Under the pieces are notes generated by a model. That model made no database searches. It worked only from the letters and a program-made list of their open reading frames with translations, and was not told the origin of the DNA. From an uncultured Actinomycetes bacterium (GTDB lineage: Bacteria > Actinomycetota > UBA4738 > JBBDTT01), in contig CAVUMN010000003.1 in NCBI GenBank assembly GCA_963742735.1, positions 608,001 through 672,000 on the forward strand: a stretch of DNA of 64,000 nt. The letters are read 5' to 3'. Positions 10,799 to 21,399 of the stretch are shown in pieces; the first letter of the stretch is position 1, and each line of letters begins with the position of its first letter. The translations under genes and the position numbers were made by a program.

Positions 10799-11859
10799 GC
10801 ACGGGACGACACCGCCCGGGCATCCCCGGCGTCGGGAACCCGCTGCCGGTCCTGTGGCTGGTCATCGCGCTGGCGGTGGTCGTGGCCGGCATCGTTCTGC
10901 TGAGCCCGGTCCGGCTGAGCCTGTTCGGCCGCGCCGGCCCGACCGGGGATGCCACCGGCCCGGTGATCGGTCCGAGCCCGTCTCCCACGACGCCCTCGCC
11001 GCCGTCGAAGGGGCAGCTCCTGGTGCACGCGACGGGCGACGTCAACCTTGACCCCTCCTACATCCCGAACTTCCAGACCCACGGATACGGCTACGCGTGG
11101 TCGGGCCTGAGCGGGCTGTTCCAACGGGACGACCTGACGATCGTGAACCTGGAGTGCCCGATGTCGAACCTGGGGAGCCCCGTCCCGAAGGAGTTCAACT
11201 TCCGGGGAGACCCGGCGGCGCTCCCGGCCATGCGGGACGCCGGCGTGGAGGTGGCCAACCAGGGCAACAACCACGCGCAGGACTACGGGCCCGACGCGAT
11301 GCTGGACTCGCGGCGGAACCTCCGGGCGCACCGGATCGCGCCGGTCGGGACCGGCCGCAACGCGAAGGAGGCGGCCGCGCCGGCCATCCTGAAGATCGAC
11401 GGATGGACGGTCGCGGTGGTGGGGTTCGGCGGGGTCGTCCCCGAACCGGGCTGGCTGGCCGGTCCCGACCATCCCGGGATGGCCGACGGCGACGACATCC
11501 CGAGCATGGTCGCGGCGGTGCGGGCCGCGAGCGCCCGGGCCGATCTGGTGTTCGTGGCCATCCACTGGGGTGTCGAGCTCGACACCTCGCCGCGGGCGGA
11601 GGACGTCGAGCGGGCCCGGGCGATGATCGACGCCGGGGCCGACGCGATCTTCGGCCATCACTCGCACCGGCTGAACCCCATGGACACCTACAAGGGACGG
11701 CCGATCTTCTGGAGCCTTGGCAACTTCGTGTGGCCGGACCACTCCTACGAGGGTGCGGTGACGGCGGTGGCCGAGGTCCGGGTGAGCCCCGCCGGAAAGG
11801 TGCAGGGACGTCTCCTGCCGGCGTTCATCGAGGACGCCGGCCACCCCGTGCTCCGCTAG
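10795..11859 (+). CDS. CapA family (PGA_cap metallophosphoesterase-like) membrane-anchored protein
   Basis: GDVNL, NLEC, GNNHAQDYG, HWGVE, GHHSH, SLGNFV; N-terminal TM. Confidence 0.9.
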   Translation: MSTGRHRPGIPGVGNPLPVLWLVIALAVVVAGIVLLSPVRLSLFGRAGPTGDATGPVIGPSPSPTTPSPPSKGQLLVHATGDVNLDPSYIPNFQTHGYGYAWSGLSGLFQRDDLTIVNLECPMSNLGSPVPKEFNFRGDPAALPAMRDAGVEVANQGNNHAQDYGPDAMLDSRRNLRAHRIAPVGTGRNAKEAAAPAILKIDGWTVAVVGFGGVVPEPGWLAGPDHPGMADGDDIPSMVAAVRAASARADLVFVAIHWGVELDTSPRAEDVERARAMIDAGADAIFGHHSHRLNPMDTYKGRPIFWSLGNFVWPDHSYEGAVTAVAEVRVSPAGKVQGRLLPAFIEDAGHPVLR

Positions 11860-11997
11860 GGCCGCACGCGAGCGGTGCAGGAGAAACGGACGCATCCGTC
11901 GTAACTCCAACCCGACGCCCCGCGTGGGGCCGGGGCGTCCAGAGCTCAGATCGCCCACTCAGCCCCGACGGAGCCGCACCGAATGCTCGAGCACCCG

Positions 11998-14895
11998 ATG
12001 ACGCGTGCCCGCCGGGCCCTCGCGACGAGCCTCGCCCTGATCGTGGCGGCCGCCACCGTGATCCTGCAGCTCCGGCCGGCCGTGCCACCCGCGGCGGCCG
12101 GGACGAGCACCGCCTCCGCGTGCATCCCGGGCGTCGAGCGCGTCGGTGAGAACGAGGGAATCGGCGGCGTCGCCGGCCGGGCTCTCGACGCGGTCCCGGA
12201 CTTCTGCACGAAGATCAGCCGGGTGGAGCGCCCCGACGAGCTGCTCCGCATCGGCGAGGCCCTCGACGCCCGGTTCGGGACCTCCACGCCGTGGGCGCTC
12301 CTGAAGGCCAACGCCACGAAGGCCGCCATCGCCCGCACCGTGCGGCCGGTGCCCGGCGGCGGCGCGAGTTGGGAGCCCGTCGGTACGACCCCGCTGTTCG
12401 CCAACGATCCCAACTACAGCGTGTACGGGGAGGGGTTCGGCGAGGTCGCCGGCCGCATCTCCGACTTCAGCTACGACGAGGCCACGGGCCGCCTGTGGGC
12501 CGCGGTGGCCAGCGGCGGCGTGTACGAGTCGCGCGACCTGGGCGCGACGTGGCGCTCGATCGGCGACGGCCTGCCGACGCAGCAGGTGGGCTCGGTGGCC
12601 TACACCCCGGCGGGAGGCGGCACGCTCATCGCGCTGAGCGGCGACAACGCGTTCGGCGGCTACACCTACGCCGGCACCGGGGGGTACTACACGACGAACG
12701 GGGGCCGGACGTGGAAGCGCGCCAAGGGCCTCCCGGCGGGGGCCATGGCCTTCAAGCTCGCGGTCGATCCCACGAACCCCAGGGAGATCTACGCGGCGAC
12801 CGGCTTCGGCCTCTTCCGCTCCACGAACGCGGGCCGCTCGTTCGTCAACACGCGCCTGCCCACCGGGGCGTGCGCCGGCAACTCCCTGAAGGAGGGGTGC
12901 TTCCTGGCCAACATCGTCACCGACGTCGTGGTCCAGGTCCCCGACGAGCTGGGAAGCCCCGGCGGGATCGTCCTGGCGGTGGTCGGGTGGCGCGCCGGCG
13001 CATACGAGAACGCCGACGGCACGGTCCAGTCCCCGGAGAACGGCCTGTACCGGTCCGAGACGGGCGCCCCGGGGACGTTCGTCAACCTGAACGAGGATGG
13101 CATCGGCTTCGCGCCGCAGGGCAACATCGGCCGCGTCGAGCTGGGCGCGGCGACCGGCGTCGACCAGAACCACGGTTACGTGTACGCGCTGGTGCAGGAC
13201 TCGGTGCTGTTCGTGACCGGCCGCCTGGAGGGCCTGGACGTCGAGCCGATGTCCGACCCGGTCGGGCTGGTGGACCTGACGGCCACCGCCACCTATCTGA
13301 AGGGCGTGTACGTCTCGGCCGACTTCGGAGAGTCGTGGACGCTCATGGCCGACCGCAAGCAGTTCCAGAGCCCGCACACCGGCTCGAGCCTCGCCCAGTT
13401 GCAGGCCCTCGGCGTCGGCCCGGGCATCCAGTCCTGGTACAACATGTGGATCCGCCCCGATCCCACGCGGCAGATCAACGGGATCCCGACGCGGATCGTG
13501 CTGGGGCTCGAGGAGATCTGGCAGAACACCCTGACGCTGGCCCCGGCGGCCGGCCCCACCGACTTCCGGGTGATCGGGCCGTACACCGCGAACACGGGGG
13601 CCTGCATCGTCATCCTCCTGATGCCCGCGTGCGGCGCGGCGCAGTCGCAGAAGCCGGACGAGGCCGCCTACACCACCCATCCCGACCAGCACGCCGGGAT
13701 CTGGATCCCCGACCCCGACGGGGGCGTGACCCTGATCGCCGGCCACGACGGCGGCGTGAACACCCAGCACGTCCCGGCGTTCGGCGAGCTCACCACGGGC
13801 GGCTTCGGCGTGGGGTCCCAGGATGGCTTCCACACGCTGCTGCCCTACGGGGTCGACGTCGCCAACGACGGGATCATCTATGCGGGGCTGCAGGACAACG
13901 GCCAGATCCGGATCGAGAAGGACGGCCGCCAGACCATGGTGTTCGGCGGCGACGGCATCTTCACCGTGGTCAACCCGAAGAACTCGAACGAGGTCTGGGA
14001 GGAGACCCCGGGCGCCGGCGTCCGGGTGTCGACCGACGGCGGCCTCACCTGGAAGGACGCCCTCCCGAGCACCGACAACGCCAGCTTCTACGCCCCGCTG
14101 GTCATGGACCCGCTCGACCCGAACCACCTGATCACCGGGGGGCGCCAGGTCATGGAGAACACCCACGGCCCCGCGATCGGCTACACCATCGACGAGCTCC
14201 TGATCGCGCCGCCCGAACACGACTGGGAGGAGGTGTTCGAGCTCGGGTCGCGGCTCCACCCGGGCGAGGCGCCCCCGGACCCGCTAGAGCCGGGGGACAC
14301 GCAGAACATGATGTCCTCGGCCACCGTGCGCGGGAAGAATGTCTACGTCGGGTACTGCGGCGGGTGCGACCCCGTCCGCGACCACGACACCTTCGCCTCG
14401 GGCGTCGCCACGAACGTGACCGGCGCCTGGCGCATCGCCCCGGCCCGGGGGCTTCCCGACCGGCTGATCACCTCGCTGACGATCGACCCGAAAAACCCGT
14501 TCCGCGTGGTGGCCACCCTGGGGAGCTCCTCGTACCGGCCGTACGCGCCCCCCGGCGCGCTGGGGCCGGACGGCGTCGACAAGAACGGCGGGCCCATCTG
14601 GATGTCCGAGAACGGGGGCAACTCGTTCTTCGACGTCAGCGGCAACCTGCCGAGGATCGGCGGCACGTGGAGCGTGCTGCGCCGCAACCAGCTCATCGTG
14701 GGGACCACCGTCGGCGTGTTCGCGGCCACGAGCCCGCTGTCCGGGGCACGGCCCGGCCGGGGGCTCACCTTCGCCGTGCTCGGCAAGGGCCTGCCCGCGG
14801 CGCCGGTCTTCTCGATGTCGCTCAAGAAGAACGATCCCAACACGCTGGTGGTCGCCTCGCTGGGCCGCGGCGTGTACCGCTACCGGTTCCGCTAG
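11998..14895 (+). CDS. Second secreted BNR beta-propeller protein, paralog of 4439-7888
   Basis: Signal peptide; Asp-boxes [32 protein letters not shown]; HPDQH, GLQDNG, GGDG; colinear similarity with the paralog. Start 11983 or 11998. Confidence 0.8.
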   Translation: MTRARRALATSLALIVAAATVILQLRPAVPPAAAGTSTASACIPGVERVGENEGIGGVAGRALDAVPDFCTKISRVERPDELLRIGEALDARFGTSTPWALLKANATKAAIARTVRPVPGGGASWEPVGTTPLFANDPNYSVYGEGFGEVAGRISDFSYDEATGRLWAAVASGGVYESRDLGATWRSIGDGLPTQQVGSVAYTPAGGGTLIALSGDNAFGGYTYAGTGGYYTTNGGRTWKRAKGLPAGAMAFKLAVDPTNPREIYAATGFGLFRSTNAGRSFVNTRLPTGACAGNSLKEGCFLANIVTDVVVQVPDELGSPGGIVLAVVGWRAGAYENADGTVQSPENGLYRSETGAPGTFVNLNEDGIGFAPQGNIGRVELGAATGVDQNHGYVYALVQDSVLFVTGRLEGLDVEPMSDPVGLVDLTATATYLKGVYVSADFGESWTLMADRKQFQSPHTGSSLAQLQALGVGPGIQSWYNMWIRPDPTRQINGIPTRIVLGLEEIWQNTLTLAPAAGPTDFRVIGPYTANTGACIVILLMPACGAAQSQKPDEAAYTTHPDQHAGIWIPDPDGGVTLIAGHDGGVNTQHVPAFGELTTGGFGVGSQDGFHTLLPYGVDVANDGIIYAGLQDNGQIRIEKDGRQTMVFGGDGIFTVVNPKNSNEVWEETPGAGVRVSTDGGLTWKDALPSTDNASFYAPLVMDPLDPNHLITGGRQVMENTHGPAIGYTIDELLIAPPEHDWEEVFELGSRLHPGEAPPDPLEPGDTQNMMSSATVRGKNVYVGYCGGCDPVRDHDTFASGVATNVTGAWRIAPARGLPDRLITSLTIDPKNPFRVVATLGSSSYRPYAPPGALGPDGVDKNGGPIWMSENGGNSFFDVSGNLPRIGGTWSVLRRNQLIVGTTVGVFAATSPLSGARPGRGLTFAVLGKGLPAAPVFSMSLKKNDPNTLVVASLGRGVYRYRFR

Positions 14896-15005
14896 GGGCC
14901 GGTACGGCGAGGGCGCGCCTGTTCCCGCGAGGCCCGCGACGCGGGAGCAGGCGCCGCTCCGCCCTCTAGGCGAAAGGCCGTCTGGTAGCATTGGGGCACT
15001 TCGTT

Positions 15006-15275
15006 ATGGCACTTCTTCAGGAGCGTAAGCAGACCGTCATCTCCGAGCACCGCCGGTCCGACACCGACACGGGGTCGCCGGAGGTTCAGGTCGCGCTGCT
15101 CACCGAGCGCATCAATCAGCTCACCGAGCACCTCAAGGCGCACAAGGAGGATCACCACTCCCGCCGCGGGCTGCTGCAGATGGTGGGCCGGCGCCGGCGC
15201 CTGCTGGAGTATCTCAAGCGCGAGGACATCGAACGCTACCGGGCGCTGATCGGGCGCCTGGGTCTCAGGCGATAG
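15006..15275 (+). CDS. rpsO: 30S ribosomal protein S15
   Basis: [37 protein letters not shown]; 89 aa. Confidence 0.98.
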   Translation: MALLQERKQTVISEHRRSDTDTGSPEVQVALLTERINQLTEHLKAHKEDHHSRRGLLQMVGRRRRLLEYLKREDIERYRALIGRLGLRR

Positions 15276-15341
15276 GAGCGGGGGCGGCGGAGGCCCCTTC
15301 GTAGGAGGCAGCAAGGACAGGAACCGCTACCCGTACCCACT

Positions 15342-15442
15342 GGGGGAGCGAAGCAGCGGGTCGGTTATCAGTTGCGGACCGCGGGCCACGAGGCCCGAGG
15401 CCCACCACTGAGAATCGACTCACCGTATCTCTCCGCTCCTCC
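15342..15442 (+). promoter_or_regulatory. pnp leader long hairpin (likely RNase III processing/autoregulation; Actino-pnp-like)
   Basis: GGGTCGGTT/AATCGACTC, TCAGT/ACTGA, CGGGCC/GGCCCG and GGGGGAGCG/CGCTCCTCC pairings in the rpsO-pnp spacer. Confidence 0.65.
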
Positions 15443-15483
15443 GCCCCGGACGTCCCGTCCGAAACGATCCTTTAGGAGGAGAC

Positions 15484-17811
15484 ATGACCAAGGAAACCCG
15501 GAACATCGCCGGGACCGACCTCACGTTCGAAGCCGGCACGATGGCGCAGCTCGCCCTCGGCGCCGTGACCTGCACCATCGGCGAGACCGAGATCCTCGCC
15601 ACCTGCACCTCGTCGAAGCCCCGTGAGGGCATCGACTTCTTCCCGCTCACCGTCGACGTCGAGGAGCGGATGTACGCCGTGGGCAAGATCCCCGGCAGCT
15701 TCTTCCGCCGCGAGGGCCGGCCCTCCGAGACCGGGACGCTCACCGCCCGGCTGATCGACCGGCCGCTCCGCCCGACCTTCAAGGAGGGCTTCCGCGACGA
15801 GGTCCACGTGGTCGTGCTCACCCTGCAGGTCGACCACGTCCAGCCGTACGACATCGCCGCGCTGAACGGCGCCGGGCTGGCCGTCACGCTTGCCGGCCTG
15901 CCGTTCGACGGCCCGGTGGCCGGCGTTCGCATCGCGATGATCGGCGACGCCTGGAGGGTCTTCCCCAGCTATCAGGAGCTCGAGCAGGCAACCTTCGACA
16001 TGGTCGTGGCCGGACGCAAGAACGACCAGGGCGGCGTCGACATCCTCATGATCGAGGGCGAGGCGCCCGAGGTCGCGTGGGAGCTCATGCAGGAGGGCGC
16101 GGCCGCCCCGACCGAGGAGTCCGTGACCGCCGGCCTCGAGGTCGCCAAGCAGGCGATCTCCGAGATCATCGACTTCCAGGTCGAGTTCGCCAACCAGCAC
16201 GGGATCACGGAGCGTCCGGCCTTCGAGCCCAAGCCGCTGTATTCCGAGGAGGTCTACGCCGAGGTCGTCGCCTTCGCGAACGACCGGATGGGCGAGGCGC
16301 TCGTCCCCGAGAAGGTCGCCCGCGAGGGCAACATCAACAAGCTGAAGGAGGAGCTCGCCGATCACCTCCTTCAGCAGTGGGGCGAGGACAAGCACTCCGA
16401 CCTGGCGGGCGAGGTCAAGGGCGCGTTCAAGGCCCTCGAGAAGAAGATCATGCGCCGGCGGGTCATCGACGAGGGCGTTCGCCTGGACGGGCGCAAGAGC
16501 GACGAGATCCGGCCGCTGTCGGCCGAGGTCGGTGTCCTCTCGCGGGCGCACGGTTCGGCCCTGTTCTCCCGCGGCCAGACCCAGGTCCTGAACGTCACCA
16601 CGCTGGGAATGCTCCGGATGAACGCGATGATCGACACCCTCGACCCGGAGGACTCCAAGCGGTACATGCACCACTACAACTTCCCGCCGTTCTCCACGGG
16701 CGAGACGGGCTTCATGCGGGGACCGAAGCGCCGGGAGATCGGCCACGGGGCGCTCGCCGAGCGAGCCCTCCTGCCCGTGATCCCAACCGAGGACGAGTTC
16801 CCGTATGCGCTGAGGCTCGTCTCCGACGTCTTGAGCTCCAACGGCTCGACGTCCATGGCGAGCGTCTGTGGGTCGACGCTGTCGCTGATGCACGCCGGCG
16901 TGCCGATCAAGGCGCCGGTGGCGGGGATCGCGATGGGCCTGATCGCCGACGCGGGCGAGTACGTCACCCTGACCGACATCCTCGGCGCGGAGGACGCCCT
17001 GGGCGACATGGACTTCAAGGTCGCCGGGACGAAGGACTGGATCACCGCGATCCAGCTCGACATGAAGATCACCGGCATGCCCTCGGAGGTCCTCGCCGGG
17101 GCCCTCAAGCAGGCGAAGGAGGCCCGGCTGCAGATCCTCGACGTCATGGCCGGGGCCATCGCCGAGGTCGGCGAGATGTCCGACCGGGCGCCGCGCGTGA
17201 TGATGATCCAGATCCCCGTCGACAAGATCGGCGAGGTCATCGGGCCCAAGGGCAAGCGGATCAACGAGATCATCGCGATGACCGGCGCGGACATCGACAT
17301 CAACGACGACGGCCGCGTGTTCATCGGGTCCCTCGGGGGCGACGGCGCCGAGCGCGCCATCGAGATGATCAATCAGCTCGCAAACCCGATCATGCCCGAG
17401 GTCGGCCAGCGCTATCAGGGCAAGGTCGTGAAGACGACCACCTTCGGGGCGTTCGTGAACCTGACCCCCGGGAAGGACGGCCTGGTCCACATCTCCCGCC
17501 TGGGCGGTGGACAGCGGGTCACCTCGGTCGAGGACGTCGTCCGCGAGGGCGACGACATGGAGGTCGAGGTCCTCGACGTCGACCGGACGGGGCGGATCAG
17601 CCTGCGGCCGATTTCGATCAAGGGCGAGGCGCTGCCGGAGCCGACCGAGGAGCAGCTCGAGGCCATGAAGGCGGCGGTCAGCGACCGTCCGTCGGGCCCG
17701 CGCGACCGGGACCGCGGCGGACGCGGTGGCGATCGCGGCGGACGCGGCGGCGACCGCGAGGGCGGCGGTTTCCGCGAGCGCCGGCCTCCGCGCGAGCGCC
17801 GCGCCGACTGA
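15484..17811 (+). CDS. pnp: Polyribonucleotide nucleotidyltransferase (PNPase)
   Basis: FFPLTVDVEER, RLIDRPLRP, RREIGHG, SNGSTSMASVCG, DMDFKVAG, KH and S1 domains; AGGAGG SD. Confidence 0.99.
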   Translation: MTKETRNIAGTDLTFEAGTMAQLALGAVTCTIGETEILATCTSSKPREGIDFFPLTVDVEERMYAVGKIPGSFFRREGRPSETGTLTARLIDRPLRPTFKEGFRDEVHVVVLTLQVDHVQPYDIAALNGAGLAVTLAGLPFDGPVAGVRIAMIGDAWRVFPSYQELEQATFDMVVAGRKNDQGGVDILMIEGEAPEVAWELMQEGAAAPTEESVTAGLEVAKQAISEIIDFQVEFANQHGITERPAFEPKPLYSEEVYAEVVAFANDRMGEALVPEKVAREGNINKLKEELADHLLQQWGEDKHSDLAGEVKGAFKALEKKIMRRRVIDEGVRLDGRKSDEIRPLSAEVGVLSRAHGSALFSRGQTQVLNVTTLGMLRMNAMIDTLDPEDSKRYMHHYNFPPFSTGETGFMRGPKRREIGHGALAERALLPVIPTEDEFPYALRLVSDVLSSNGSTSMASVCGSTLSLMHAGVPIKAPVAGIAMGLIADAGEYVTLTDILGAEDALGDMDFKVAGTKDWITAIQLDMKITGMPSEVLAGALKQAKEARLQILDVMAGAIAEVGEMSDRAPRVMMIQIPVDKIGEVIGPKGKRINEIIAMTGADIDINDDGRVFIGSLGGDGAERAIEMINQLANPIMPEVGQRYQGKVVKTTTFGAFVNLTPGKDGLVHISRLGGGQRVTSVEDVVREGDDMEVEVLDVDRTGRISLRPISIKGEALPEPTEEQLEAMKAAVSDRPSGPRDRDRGGRGGDRGGRGGDREGGGFRERRPPRERRAD
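17710..17760 (+). repeat. 21-bp tandem repeat encoding DRGGRGG in the PNPase tail
   Basis: GACCGCGGCGGACGCGGTGGC, GATCGCGGCGGACGCGGCGGC, then partial GACCGCG. Confidence 0.7.
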
Positions 17812-17818
17812 CGCTCGC

Positions 17819-19099
17819 TTGGGCGCTCCAGAGACGATCCGCAAGACGGCCTACGACTCGGGCCTTCGCGTCGTCACCGAGACGATGCCGGAGGCCCGGT
17901 CGGTGGCCCTCGGGTTCTGGGTCGCGGCCGGGTCGCGCGACGAGGCGCCCCGCATCGCGGGGTCCTCGCACTTCCTGGAGCACCTGCTGTTCAAGGGAAC
18001 CCGGACCCGAACGGCGCGGGACATCGCCGAGGCCTTCGACGCGATCGGCGGCGACCTCAACGCGTTCAGCGCCAAGGAGTACACGTGCTACTACGCGCGC
18101 GTGCTGGAGCCGGACGTCCCGATGGCGGTCGAGTTCCTCTCGGACATGCTCACCGACTCGGTGATCACCCGTGCGGACCTCGACGCCGAGCGCCAGGTGA
18201 TCCTCGAGGAGATCAACATGCACGAGGACACCCCCGACGACCTGATCCACGACGTGTTCACCGAGGCGCTGTGGCCGGGGCACCCGCTCGGGCGTCCGGT
18301 CCTGGGGACGTCCGAGACGATCCGCGGCGCGACCCCGGAGCAGGTTCGCCGCTTCTACCGCAAGCACTATGTGCCCGGCAACGTGGTCGTGGCGGCCGCC
18401 GGGAACCTGGACCACGACCGGGTCCTCCAGCTCATCGAGGCGGGGATGGACACCGGCTCGCGCGTGGCCGAGTCCAAGGCCCCCGCGCTTCGCGAGAAGG
18501 GCCGCTCGCCGCGGCCGGTGGCCTCGGTCACCGTCCGCAGGCGAAAGACCGAGCAGGCCCACATCATGATCGGCACGAACGGCCTGGCCCGAGACGATCC
18601 ACGTCGCTTCGCGTTCGGCGTCACGAACACCGCCCTCGGCGGCGGCATGTCCTCCCGGCTGTTCCAGGAGATCCGGGAGAAGCGCGGCCTGGTGTACTCG
18701 GTGTACTCCTACCACTCGATGTACACGGAGGGCGGGGTGTTCTCGGTCTACGCGGGGACGAGCCCGGGACGGGCCCAGGAGGTCCTCGGCCTGATCCGCC
18801 GCGAGGTCGAGGACGTCGCCGAGCACGGCGTCTCGAGCGAGGAGCTCGAGCGCGCGAAGGGCCACATGAAGGGCTCGATGGTGCTGTCGCAGGAGGACAC
18901 GAACGGCCGCATGTCCCGGCTCGGCAAGTCCGAGATCGGGCACGGCGAGATCCTGTCCCTGGACGAGCTGGTCGAGCGGATCGACGCCGTGACGGCGGAG
19001 GACGTGGCGACCGTGTCGCACGACGTGCTGTCGGCGCCGACGGCGCTGGCGGTGATCGGGCCGTTCGCGGCCCGGGACTTCGGGGACGCCGCGGCGTGA
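17819..19099 (+). CDS. M16 family zinc peptidase (PepR-like)
   Basis: HFLEH inverted zinc motif, GGGMSSRLFQEIREKRGL; usual position after pnp; TTG start inferred. Confidence 0.93.
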   Translation: MGAPETIRKTAYDSGLRVVTETMPEARSVALGFWVAAGSRDEAPRIAGSSHFLEHLLFKGTRTRTARDIAEAFDAIGGDLNAFSAKEYTCYYARVLEPDVPMAVEFLSDMLTDSVITRADLDAERQVILEEINMHEDTPDDLIHDVFTEALWPGHPLGRPVLGTSETIRGATPEQVRRFYRKHYVPGNVVVAAAGNLDHDRVLQLIEAGMDTGSRVAESKAPALREKGRSPRPVASVTVRRRKTEQAHIMIGTNGLARDDPRRFAFGVTNTALGGGMSSRLFQEIREKRGLVYSVYSYHSMYTEGGVFSVYAGTSPGRAQEVLGLIRREVEDVAEHGVSSEELERAKGHMKGSMVLSQEDTNGRMSRLGKSEIGHGEILSLDELVERIDAVTAEDVATVSHDVLSAPTALAVIGPFAARDFGDAAA

Positions 19100-19887
19100 T
19101 CCGCGTCGGCGTCCTCGGGGCGACGGGCCGGATGGGCCGTCAGGTCTGCCAGGCGCTCGCCGAGGACCCCGAGCTGGCCCTCGCCGCCGCGATCAGCCCG
19201 TCGCGGGTGGGGGAGTCGATCGGGACGATCATCGGCCATCCCGAGGTCGACATCCGGGTCTCCGACCTGCTCGACACGGCCCTGCAGGCCGACACGGACG
19301 TCCTCGTGGACTTCACCAGACCTGACGCGGTCATGGAGAACGTCCGGTGGGCGATCGAGCACGCCATCCACCTGGTGGTGGGGACCAGCGGCATCGGGCC
19401 CGAGGAGCTCGAGGAGATCCGCCAGCTGCTCGAGGAGGACGGCGCGCACGTGGTGGTCGTTCCGAACTTCGCCATCGGCGCGGTCCTCGCCCAGCGGTTC
19501 TCCGAGCAGGCGGCGCGGTTCTTCCCGGCGGCCGAGGTCATCGAGCTGCACCACGAGGGCAAGGCCGACGCGCCGTCGGGCACGGCGCTCACGACCGCCC
19601 GGCGGATCGCGGCGGCCCGTGGGTCGGCGTGGACCGGGCCCGGCACGGAATCCGTTCCCGGCGTCCGGGGCGGCGACGTCGACGGGGTGCGGGTGCACTC
19701 GGTCCGGCTGCCCGGCCTGGTCGCGCACCAGGAGGTGGTCTTCGGCGGGACGGGAGAGACCCTCACCATCCGCCACGACTCCCACGACCGCTCCTCGTTC
19801 ATGCCCGGCCTGCGCCTCGCGGTCAAGGCCGTGATCTCTCGTCCGGGCCTGACCGTCGGCCTCGAACCCCTGCTCGAGCTGGAGTGA
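19096..19887 (+). CDS. dapB: 4-hydroxy-tetrahydrodipicolinate reductase
   Basis: GATGRMG, VDFT, ELHHEGKADAPSGTA, HSVRLPGLVAHQEV. Confidence 0.97.
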   Translation: MIRVGVLGATGRMGRQVCQALAEDPELALAAAISPSRVGESIGTIIGHPEVDIRVSDLLDTALQADTDVLVDFTRPDAVMENVRWAIEHAIHLVVGTSGIGPEELEEIRQLLEEDGAHVVVVPNFAIGAVLAQRFSEQAARFFPAAEVIELHHEGKADAPSGTALTTARRIAAARGSAWTGPGTESVPGVRGGDVDGVRVHSVRLPGLVAHQEVVFGGTGETLTIRHDSHDRSSFMPGLRLAVKAVISRPGLTVGLEPLLELE

Positions 19888-20672
19888 CCTCCCGGGGCAC
19901 GCCGCGGCTCGTGGCGGTGTTCGCGCACCCCGACGACGACACGTTCAACCTGGCGGGCTCGCTGATCCGCCGCGGCGCGGAGGCGCTCGACTACACGGTG
20001 GTGGTGGCGACGAGCGGCGAGGCCGGGATGATCTTCGAAGCGTCGCTGGCCAGCCGGGAGGACCTCGGCGAGGTCCGCGAGGCGGAGCAGCTCGGCGCGC
20101 TCGCGGTGGCCGGGTTCGCCGGCGCCGACGTGCGCTTCCTCCGCCACCCCGACGGGGCCCTGGCCGCGGTGGACCGGCCCGGGCTGGTGGAGCAGATCGC
20201 CGCCGTCCTTCGTGAGGTCCGGCCGGAGGTCGTGGTGACGTTCGGCCCCGAGGGGATGACCGGTCACGAGGACCACATCGCCATCGGCGAGGCGACGACC
20301 GAGGCCTTTCACCGGGTCCGGCAGGAGACGCCCGGCGCGCCGCGTCGCCTGTGCTACACGGCGCTGCCCGCGAGCGTGATCGAGGGATACCGGGAGTACC
20401 GGCGATCGATCGGGGAGGATCCCCGCCCACCGGACGCGCCGTTCGCGCCCCGGGGTGTCCCCGACGAGACGCTGGGGATCACCGCGGACTGCACCGCCGT
20501 GGTGGAGCGGAAGATCGCCGCGCTCCGCGAGCACCGGACGCAGGCCGAGGAGCTGCAGTCGATGCCCGAGGAGATCCTTCCGGCCGCCTTCGGCATCGAG
20601 TCGTTCGTCATCGCCTGGCCCGAGCGCGAGCCGGGACCCGACCGGCTCGGGGATCTGTTCGAGGGACTGTGA
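19884..20672 (+). CDS. PIG-L family deacetylase (MshB/Mca-like)
   Basis: FAHPDDD, TSGEAG, GHEDH, HRTQ, DLFEGL end. Confidence 0.88.
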   Translation: MTSRGTPRLVAVFAHPDDDTFNLAGSLIRRGAEALDYTVVVATSGEAGMIFEASLASREDLGEVREAEQLGALAVAGFAGADVRFLRHPDGALAAVDRPGLVEQIAAVLREVRPEVVVTFGPEGMTGHEDHIAIGEATTEAFHRVRQETPGAPRRLCYTALPASVIEGYREYRRSIGEDPRPPDAPFAPRGVPDETLGITADCTAVVERKIAALREHRTQAEELQSMPEEILPAAFGIESFVIAWPEREPGPDRLGDLFEGL

Positions 20673-21349
20673 CCCGGTTCGACGCGGTCGCCTTCGACCT
20701 GTTCGGGACGCTCATCGACGAGTGGACGGTGGAGCAGTGGCGGGAGTGCCTGGACGGAATGGCCGGCGCGCTCGGCATGCCCGAGGAGGACTTCGGCGAC
20801 GCGTGGCGGGCGACCGCGGAGCCGCGGCTGACCGGCGGGTACGGCTCGATCCGCGAGAACCTCCAGGTCATCCACCCGGACACGGCCGCGGCCGCCCTGG
20901 ACGAGGCCGTGGCCCGGCGGCAGGCGGTGATGGCCGCGATGGTCCGGCCCCGTCCGGACGTGGAGGCCACTCTCTGGCAGCTGCGGGAGCGGGGCCTGCG
21001 GACCGCGCTCGTGTCGATGTGCTCGCCCGAGGTCCCCGGGCTGTGGAGGGCGCTGCCGGCGGCCGGGCTCATCGACGTGGAGGTGTTCTCGTCGGAGGAC
21101 GGCCTGCGCAAGCCCGACCCCGCGATCTACGCGCTGGCCGCCCAACGGCTCGGCGTTCCCGCGGAGCGCGTCCTCTACGTGGGCGACGGCTCCTTCGGTG
21201 AGCTGACCGGCGCCGTCGCGGCGGGCATGACCGCGGTCCGCATCCGCGCGGCCCACGAGGCCGAGCTCGTGATCCAGCGCGCGGAGGAGGACGTCGACTG
21301 GTCCGGGCCGTCCGTGGCCACCATCGAGGAGGTCCTCACCCACCTGTGA
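20669..21349 (+). CDS. HAD family hydrolase
   Basis: FDLFGTL, KPDPAIY, YVGDG. Confidence 0.9.
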   Translation: MTRFDAVAFDLFGTLIDEWTVEQWRECLDGMAGALGMPEEDFGDAWRATAEPRLTGGYGSIRENLQVIHPDTAAAALDEAVARRQAVMAAMVRPRPDVEATLWQLRERGLRTALVSMCSPEVPGLWRALPAAGLIDVEVFSSEDGLRKPDPAIYALAAQRLGVPAERVLYVGDGSFGELTGAVAAGMTAVRIRAAHEAELVIQRAEEDVDWSGPSVATIEEVLTHL

Positions 21350-21399
21350 CGGCGGTTGGGGGTTCGTCGGGAAAGTGTGTCCCAGGTCAGTGACGTGGA

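Noticed and set aside
21376-21391. CRP/GlxR-like site TGTGT-N6-TCAGT upstream of the cNMP-like ORF
   Set aside because: Three mismatches; too weak alone
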